A stretch of DNA of 4,413 nt from the IMG/VR virus record IMGVR_UViG_3300000059_000084, one strand, 5' to 3'. This document shows, piece after piece, positions 1 to 4,413 of this stretch (its first letter is position 1; every line of letters begins with the position of its first letter). The DNA is from a virus. Its lineage: Duplodnaviria; Heunggongvirae; Uroviricota; Caudoviricetes. The notes under the pieces were generated by a model. It was not told where the DNA came from and searched no databases. It worked only from the letters and a program-made list of their open reading frames with translations. The position numbers and the translations under genes were made by a program.

Positions 1-15
1 TTCTCTGTATCCGGC

Positions 16-36
16 GTTAATTGTTAACTGGTTAAC
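16..36. repeat. Three direct copies of GTTAA at 16-20, 23-27 and 31-35 (the last two as GTTAAC), spaced 7-8 bp; possible protein-binding array or simply the end of an upstream gene
   Basis: Read directly: cgGTTAAttGTTAACtgGTTAACg. Frames 1 and 3 have TAA stops at 25-27 and 18-20, so an upstream + strand gene could terminate here. Confidence 0.3.
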
Positions 37-45
37 GTCACCTGG

Positions 46-59
46 AGGCACCAGGCACC
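46..59. repeat. Tandem heptamer AGGCACC x2 immediately upstream of the first ORF
   Basis: Read directly: AGGCACC (46-52) followed by AGGCACC (53-59). It overlaps a short CCTGG/CCAGG inverted repeat (42-46 / 51-55). Function unknown. Confidence 0.25.
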
Positions 60-91
60 GCATCACAAAATTCATTGTTGAGGACGCGATA

Positions 92-280
92 ATGGAAACC
101 TTATTACCAAACGTTAATACGTCTGAAGGTTGTTTTGAAATTGGTGTCAGTATCAGTAACCCTGCATTTACTGAAGATGCCATTAATAAGAGAAAACACG
201 AACGGGAGTTATTAAATAAAATATGCATTCTTTCAATGCTGGCCCGTTTACGTCCGACGCAAAAAGGATACTGGCAATGA
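92..280 (+). CDS. Small hypothetical protein (62 aa from ATG 92); the frame is open back to position 2, so it could instead be the 3' end of a longer gene starting upstream of the window
   Basis: ATG at 92 is preceded by GAGGA (80-84) with a 7-nt spacer. Its TGA stop (278-280) overlaps the next ATG (277-279) in an ATGA arrangement. No recognisable motif in the translation. Confidence 0.4.
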   Translation: METLLPNVNTSEGCFEIGVSISNPAFTEDAINKRKHERELLNKICILSMLARLRPTQKGYWQ

Positions 281-468
281 ATACCACATTTGCACTTGTT
301 CTGACGGTTTTTCTTGTTTCCGGTGAACCGGTTGACATGGTTACTGGCGTATACAGCTCAATGAAAGAATGCATGGCTGCCGCAGCCGAACAGAAAATTC
401 CTGGTAACTGTTATCCGGTCGATAAAGCTATTCGCATGGATAATAACGAAATCCCGGCAGGACTTTAA
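277..468 (+). CDS. Small hypothetical protein (63 aa) with a hydrophobic N-terminal segment (MNTTFALVLTVFLVSG), probably membrane-anchored or secreted
   Basis: ATG at 277 is preceded by AAGGA (264-268) with an 8-nt spacer. The track's alternative start at 223 has no Shine-Dalgarno and would overlap the previous ORF by 58 nt, so 277 is preferred. No lipobox Cys follows the hydrophobic stretch; two Cys lie in the C-terminal half. Confidence 0.5.
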   Translation: MNTTFALVLTVFLVSGEPVDMVTGVYSSMKECMAAAAEQKIPGNCYPVDKAIRMDNNEIPAGL

Positions 469-561
469 AACAGCACCGTAACAAATATCCGGTTTCATTT
501 TTATATGCCAGCAATGGCAGGGATTTGTTCACCCTTAAATCTGTAATGAGGTTAAAACAAA

Positions 562-3021
562 ATGAGTAAAGTCTTTATTTGCGCCGCCATTCCGGACGAA
601 CAGGCAATAAAGGAAGAAGGTGCAGTTGCTGTAGCCACTGCCATAGAAGCCGGTGATGAACGGCGCGCCCGCGCAAAATTTCACTGGCAATTCCTGGAGC
701 AATATCCGGCTGCTCAGGACTGCGCTTATAAATTTCTTGTCTGCGAGGATAAACCCGGCATGGCCCGCCCTGCCCTTGATTCCTGGGATACCGATTATAT
801 GCAGGAAAACCACTGGGATGAGGAATCTGCTTCCTTTGTCCCGGTCGAACCTGAATCCGATCCGTTGAGCGTGACTTTTGACAAGCTGGCCCCTGAAGTG
901 CAGAACGCTGTCATGGTTAAGTTCGACACATGTGAAAACATCACCGTTGATATGGTGATTAGCGCACAGGAATTGTTGCAGGAAGACATGGCGACATTCG
1001 ACGGACATATCGTTGAAGCGTTGATGAAAATGCCAGAAGTTAACGCCATGTATCCGGAGCTTAAGCTGCATGCCATCGGGTGGGTTAAGCATAAATGTAA
1101 TCCAGGTGCCAAATTGCCCGAAATTCAGGCGGAGATGCGCATCTGGAAAAAACGTCGCGAAGCCGAACGCAAAGAAACCGGAAAACATACTTCCGTTGTT
1201 GATCTCGCCCGCGCCAGAGTCAACCGGCAGAACACTGAAAACTCAACAGGAAAAATCCACCCTGTCACTACCGCCATTCGTCGCGAATACAAGCAGACAT
1301 GGAAAACACCGGATGAAGAACTGGCCTACGCTTTCTGGCCTGGTGATATTGATGCCGGAAACATTGACGGCAGCATCCATCGCTGGGCAAAAAATGAAGT
1401 TATCGACAAAGATCGCGAAGACTGGAAACGTATTTCCGCATCAATGCGCAAACAGCCTGATGCCATTCGCTACGACCGTCAGACTATTTTTGGCCTTGTT
1501 CGTGAGCGTCCACTCGACATTCACAAAGATCCCGTGGCACTGAACAAATACATCACTGAATACCTGACTACAAAGGGCGTGTTTGAAGATGAAGGAACAA
1601 ATCAGAGCACAACTGATACTCTCCCGTCGCCAGTACCAGAAACTGATGCAGTGGAAACGGCAATGCCGGACAACGAAAAAACCGAATGCGAAGTGGAAAC
1701 CGAACCATCTGTAGAGCGTGAGGGGCCGTTCTATTTCCTCTTCACCGATAAGGATGGCGAAAAATACGGTCGCGCAAACAAACTTTCTGGTCTGGATAAG
1801 GCGCTGGCCTCAGGCGCAACTGAAATCACGAAAGAAGAATATTTTGCCCGCAAAAACGGTACATACTCAGGTTCACAACAAAATACTGGTGCATCTGACA
1901 CGACCGCACAACCAGAGCCGGTAAAAGTTACCGCTGACGAAGTAAACAAAATTATGCAGGCAGCCAATATCAGCCAGCCTGACGCCGATAAGTTGCTTGC
2001 TGCCTCTCGCGGAGAATTTGTTGCAGGGATTAGCGACCCGAATGATCCGAAATGGGTGAAGGGGATTGAAACCCGCGATTCAGTGAACCAGAACCAGCAA
2101 AAAGCGGAACAAAACAGCCCAAATGCGTTACAAAACGAGCCAGAAACGAAACACCCTGAACCAGTAGCGCAACAGGAACCGGAAAAAGCCTGCACTGCCT
2201 GCGGCCAGACCGGCGGCGGCAACTGTCCTGACTGTGGCGCGGTGATGGGCGACGCAACATACCAGGAAACATTCGATGAAGAGAATCAGGTTGAAGTTCA
2301 GGAAAATGATCCGGAGGAAATGGAAGGCGCTGAACATCCACACAAGGAGAATGCTGGCAGCGCTCAGGACCACGCCAGCGATAGTGAAACTGGCGAGACG
2401 GCAGATCCCTTAATTACGGTGAACAGTCATCACATTATTACATCCACCAGCAGGGTGTGGCATCACCTGATGATCGACCTTGAAACGATGGGAACTAACA
2501 GCAATGCCCCCATCGTGGTTATTGGTGCTGTGTTCTTCGATCCGCAGACTGGGGAAATCGGACCAACTTTTTATATCGTTATCAGTCTGGCTGACGCAAT
2601 GGACACAGGCGCAACCCCTGACGGTGGAACCATCGAATGGTGGCTGAAGCAGTCCAGTGAAGCCAGAGCTGCCATTTTAACAGACCAGGTAAAACTGAAG
2701 GATGCCCTTTCGCAGTTTCGGGAGTTCATCAACGAATACTCAGATGAAAAATTCGTTCAGGTATGGGGTAATGGTGCGACTTTCGATAACGCAATTTTGC
2801 GCACCTCATACGAACGTCTGGACATCCCCTGCCCGTGGCGCTACCACAACGATCGCGATGTACGCACAATCGTTGAGCTGGGAAAAACAATCGATTTTGA
2901 TGCCAGAACCGTTATTCCATTCGAAGGCGTGCGCCACAATGCGCTGGATGACGCCCGTCACCAGGCAAAATACGTTACAGCTACGATACAAAAACTGATC
3001 CCGAGTCAGGCTGATTTTTAA
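562..3021 (+). CDS. Large prophage exonuclease (819 aa): N-terminal region of unknown function, acidic low-complexity linker with a zinc ribbon, and a C-terminal DnaQ-like DEDDh 3'-5' exonuclease domain (Rv2179c-like; proteins of this kind are often annotated exodeoxyribonuclease VIII-like in prophages)
   Basis: Single uninterrupted 2460-nt ORF. ATG at 562 has GAGG at 547-550. The C-terminus carries the three DEDDh motifs in canonical order and spacing: MIDLET (D at 2476-2478, E at 2482-2484), WGNGATFDNAIL (D at 2785-2787), and HNALDD (H at 2935-2937, D at 2950-2952). Position upstream of xis-int matches the exonuclease slot of lambdoid recombination modules. Confidence 0.85.
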   Translation: MSKVFICAAIPDEQAIKEEGAVAVATAIEAGDERRARAKFHWQFLEQYPAAQDCAYKFLVCEDKPGMARPALDSWDTDYMQENHWDEESASFVPVEPESDPLSVTFDKLAPEVQNAVMVKFDTCENITVDMVISAQELLQEDMATFDGHIVEALMKMPEVNAMYPELKLHAIGWVKHKCNPGAKLPEIQAEMRIWKKRREAERKETGKHTSVVDLARARVNRQNTENSTGKIHPVTTAIRREYKQTWKTPDEELAYAFWPGDIDAGNIDGSIHRWAKNEVIDKDREDWKRISASMRKQPDAIRYDRQTIFGLVRERPLDIHKDPVALNKYITEYLTTKGVFEDEGTNQSTTDTLPSPVPETDAVETAMPDNEKTECEVETEPSVEREGPFYFLFTDKDGEKYGRANKLSGLDKALASGATEITKEEYFARKNGTYSGSQQNTGASDTTAQPEPVKVTADEVNKIMQAANISQPDADKLLAASRGEFVAGISDPNDPKWVKGIETRDSVNQNQQKAEQNSPNALQNEPETKHPEPVAQQEPEKACTACGQTGGGNCPDCGAVMGDATYQETFDEENQVEVQENDPEEMEGAEHPHKENAGSAQDHASDSETGETADPLITVNSHHIITSTSRVWHHLMIDLETMGTNSNAPIVVIGAVFFDPQTGEIGPTFYIVISLADAMDTGATPDGGTIEWWLKQSSEARAAILTDQVKLKDALSQFREFINEYSDEKFVQVWGNGATFDNAILRTSYERLDIPCPWRYHNDRDVRTIVELGKTIDFDARTVIPFEGVRHNALDDARHQAKYVTATIQKLIPSQADF
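2191..2235 (+). other. Zinc-ribbon motif C-x2-C-x7-C-x2-C (CTACGQTGGGNCPDC) inside the exonuclease linker
   Basis: Read from translation: Cys codons at 2191-2193, 2200-2202, 2224-2226 and 2233-2235, flanked by acidic low-complexity sequence. Four-Cys spacing is typical of a zinc ribbon or knuckle. Confidence 0.5.
2470..3018 (+). other. DEDDh (DnaQ-like) 3'-5' exonuclease catalytic domain, sub-feature of the 562-3021 CDS
   Basis: Exo I (D-x-E), Exo II (F-D-N) and Exo III (H-x4-D) motifs in the right order and spacing across about 180 aa. This is not the PD-(D/E)xK fold of RecE or lambda Exo. Confidence 0.8.
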
Positions 3022-3032
3022 TGTTCAACCAT

Positions 3033-3064
3033 CGCCGGTTGTGACTGGTATTCTGCAACCGGCG
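3033..3064 (+). promoter_or_regulatory. Perfect 9-bp GC-rich inverted repeat (CGCCGGTTG ... CAACCGGCG) with a 14-nt loop, in the 69-bp gap between the exonuclease stop and the xis start
   Basis: Read directly: arms at 3033-3041 and 3056-3064 are exact reverse complements, with possible G-U wobble extension at 3042/3055 and 3043/3054. No U-tract follows, so it is not a canonical intrinsic terminator. Confidence 0.4.
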
Positions 3065-3090
3065 CTCATCTGAAGTAAGAGATAAAAGCG

Positions 3091-3342
3091 ATGAGCGAAG
3101 TAATCATGATTGTCTCTCCCGGTAAATGGGTATCCGAAGAACAGCTAATTGCGCTGAAAGGAATAAAAAAGGGAACGCTAAAAAAAGCCAGGGAAAAATC
3201 GTTTATGGAAGGAAGGGAATATAAGCATGTAGCCCATGACGGTATGCCATGGGATAACAGCCCATGCTTTTACAACCTAGAAGAAATTGATCGCTGGATT
3301 GAACGTCAGGCATCAGCAAGACCAAGACGTCATCTTACTTGA
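3091..3342 (+). CDS. xis: Excisionase-like small DNA-binding protein (83 aa; putative prophage excisionase, DUF1233-like)
   Basis: Small basic protein encoded immediately upstream of, and co-oriented with, the integrase. ATG at 3091 has AAGAG about 10 nt upstream; an alternative in-frame ATG lies at 3106. Family assignment is from memory of similar prophage excisionases, not a search. Confidence 0.65.
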   Translation: MSEVIMIVSPGKWVSEEQLIALKGIKKGTLKKAREKSFMEGREYKHVAHDGMPWDNSPCFYNLEEIDRWIERQASARPRRHLT

Positions 3343-3376
3343 CTAAGAACAATACTAACCAATGAGAGAAGCTAAA

Positions 3377-4413
3377 ATGAAATATCCGACAGGCGTGGAA
3401 AACCATGGAGGGAAATTACGTATCTGGTTTGTTTATAAAGGTGTAAGAGTCAGGGAAAATCTGGGGGTTCCTGACACGACAAAAAACAGGCGCATTGCAG
3501 GTGAGCTGCGCGCCTCTGTTTGTTATGCAATAAAAACCGGCGTTTTCGACTATGCAAAACAGTTTCCCTCCTCACACAATCTGGAAAAATTTGGTGAGGC
3601 CCGACAAGATTTAACCATAAAGGAACTGGCTGAAAAATTTCTGGCACTGAAAGAAACGGAAGTCGCAAAAACGTCACTCAACACGTACCGTGCCGTCATC
3701 AAAAATATTCTGAGCATAATCGGTGAAAAAAATCTTGCCTCGTCGATTAATAAAGAAAAATTGCTGGCGGTACGTAAAGAGTTACTTACTGGATACCAGA
3801 TCCCCAAAAGTAATTATATTGTTACGCAACCGGGGAGATCGGCTGTCACCGTAAATAATTACATGACAAATCTTTACGCCGTGTTCCAGTTTGGTGTTGA
3901 TAACGGTTACCTGGCAGATAATCCGTTTAAGGGGATCTCGCCATTAAAGGAATCAAGAACCATTCCCGATCCTCTTTCACGGGAGGAATTTATCCGTCTT
4001 ATCGACGCCTGCAGAAATCAGCAGGCCAAAAATTTATGGTGTGTTTCTGTTTATACAGGCATTCGCCCTGGTGAACTGTGTGCGCTTGGGTGGGAGGACA
4101 TAGATCTGAAAAATGGAACAATGATGATCAGGAGAAATTTAGCAAAAGATCGTTTTACGGTACCGAAAACACAGGCTGGTACCAATCGGGTAATTCACCT
4201 TATCAAGCCTGCAATCGACGCTCTCAGGAGTCAGATGACACTAACGAGGCTGAGCAAAGAACATATTATTGACGTTCACCTCAGAGAGTTCGGCAGAACA
4301 GAAAAACAAAAATGCACCTTTGTTTTTCAACCTGAAGTGTCAGCGAGAGTAAAAAATTATGGTGACCATTTTACCGTTGACTCAATAAGGCAGATGTGGG
4401 ACGCAGCGATAAA
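3377..4413 (+). CDS. int: Phage tyrosine integrase, lambdoid IntR/IntS-like, 3'-truncated by the window edge (345 codons present, no stop)
   Basis: Hand translation of frame 2 from ATG 3377 (GAGAGAAG Shine-Dalgarno at 3364-3371) is open to the window end. N-terminus MKYPTGVENHGGKLRIWFVYKGVRVRE resembles the arm-binding domain of Rac-type integrases. VYTGIRPGELCALGWEDIDL carries the first conserved catalytic Arg of the tyrosine recombinase box. The HxxR and Tyr motifs would lie beyond 4413. Confidence 0.9.
   Translation, partial: MKYPTGVENHGGKLRIWFVYKGVRVRENLGVPDTTKNRRIAGELRASVCYAIKTGVFDYAKQFPSSHNLEKFGEARQDLTIKELAEKFLALKETEVAKTSLNTYRAVIKNILSIIGEKNLASSINKEKLLAVRKELLTGYQIPKSNYIVTQPGRSAVTVNNYMTNLYAVFQFGVDNGYLADNPFKGISPLKESRTIPDPLSREEFIRLIDACRNQQAKNLWCVSVYTGIRPGELCALGWEDIDLKNGTMMIRRNLAKDRFTVPKTQAGTNRVIHLIKPAIDALRSQMTLTRLSKEHIIDVHLREFGRTEKQKCTFVFQPEVSARVKNYGDHFTVDSIRQMWDAAI

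Noticed and set aside
223-276. Alternative upstream start (ATG 223) for the second small ORF
   Set aside because: No Shine-Dalgarno precedes ATG 223, and using it would overlap the first ORF by 58 nt out of frame. ATG 277 has AAGGA at the right spacing and the ATGA overlap.
183-374. Minus-strand 63-aa ORF overlapping the two small + strand ORFs
   Set aside because: No ribosome-binding site, and it is antisense to ORFs that do have Shine-Dalgarno sequences and an ATGA coupling signature. It could be real but nothing supports it.
491-561. Possible sigma70 promoter upstream of the exonuclease gene (TTGTTC at 525-530; TAATGA at 544-549)
   Set aside because: Spacing between the candidate -35 and -10 hexamers is 13 bp, and no alternative pair has a 16-18 bp spacer. 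The gene is more likely co-transcribed from an upstream early promoter. A TGCCA-gcaa-TGGCA mini-hairpin at 506-519 is too short to interpret.
535-1188. 217-aa ORF on the minus strand overlapping the start of the exonuclease gene
   Set aside because: It is entirely antisense to a strongly supported CDS, its translation is low-complexity (F/G/H-rich) with no motif, and no ribosome-binding site is evident. It is most likely a shadow ORF.
1731-2373. Minus-strand ORFs 1731-2222 (163 aa), 2030-2341 (103 aa) and 2128-2373 (81 aa)
   Set aside because: They are antisense to the acidic-linker region of the exonuclease gene. GC-rich coding sequence often leaves open antisense frames. The translations are Cys/Phe/Arg-rich with no recognisable domain.
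653-2998. Plus-strand off-frame ORFs inside the exonuclease gene (653-868, 1070-1543, 1718-1924, 2702-2998) and minus-strand ORFs 795-1112 and 2806-2991
   Set aside because: All are nested within the 819-aa frame, whose C-terminal motifs confirm the true reading frame. None has motifs or convincing translation signals.
2470-3018. RecE/lambda-Exo type PD-(D/E)xK nuclease motif in the C-terminal domain
   Set aside because: No PD...(D/E)xK arrangement was found. The domain shows the D-x-E, F-D and H-x4-D signature of DEDDh exonucleases.
3033-3070. Rho-independent terminator after the exonuclease gene
   Set aside because: The stem is strong but is followed by CTCATCTGAAG rather than a U-tract, and the downstream xis-int genes need read-through. 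It is listed as a regulatory stem-loop instead.
3339-3376. pI-like promoter for int at the xis 3' end (TTGACT at 3339-3344)
   Set aside because: It is a good -35 match, but no acceptable -10 hexamer lies 16-18 bp downstream (ATGAGA at 3362-3367 is poor). I did not list it as a feature.
3450-3807. Minus-strand ORFs 3450-3677 and 3550-3807, and + strand ORF 4078-4272
   Set aside because: They are nested in or antisense to the integrase frame, which is supported by arm-binding and catalytic-core motifs.
1-4413. CRISPR array, tRNA/rRNA gene, IS element or transposase
   Set aside because: There are no regularly spaced direct repeats of 24-40 bp, no tRNA-like cloverleaf region, and no terminal inverted repeats or transposase motifs. 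The only mobile-DNA signature is the phage xis-int pair.

Overview
The window reads as the integration/recombination end of a lambdoid-type enterobacterial prophage, with every supported gene on the + strand. In order: a repeat-containing leader (1-91), two small translationally coupled ORFs of unknown function (92-280, 277-468), an 819-aa multi-domain protein whose C-terminus is a DnaQ-like DEDDh 3'-5' exonuclease (562-3021), a short excisionase-like gene (3091-3342), and a tyrosine integrase that runs off the right edge (3377->4413). The integrase frame was translated by hand because the ORF track omits it (no stop in window). No rRNA, tRNA, CRISPR array or transposase was seen. The most unusual item is the large exonuclease: it occupies the slot where lambdoid phages carry a 5'-3' exonuclease (lambda Exo, RecE), but its readable catalytic motifs are DEDDh, and it carries a CxxC-x7-CxxC zinc ribbon inside a long acidic linker, with no annealase gene next to it in the window. 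All family assignments come from motifs read in the translation and from memory of the families; no database search was run.
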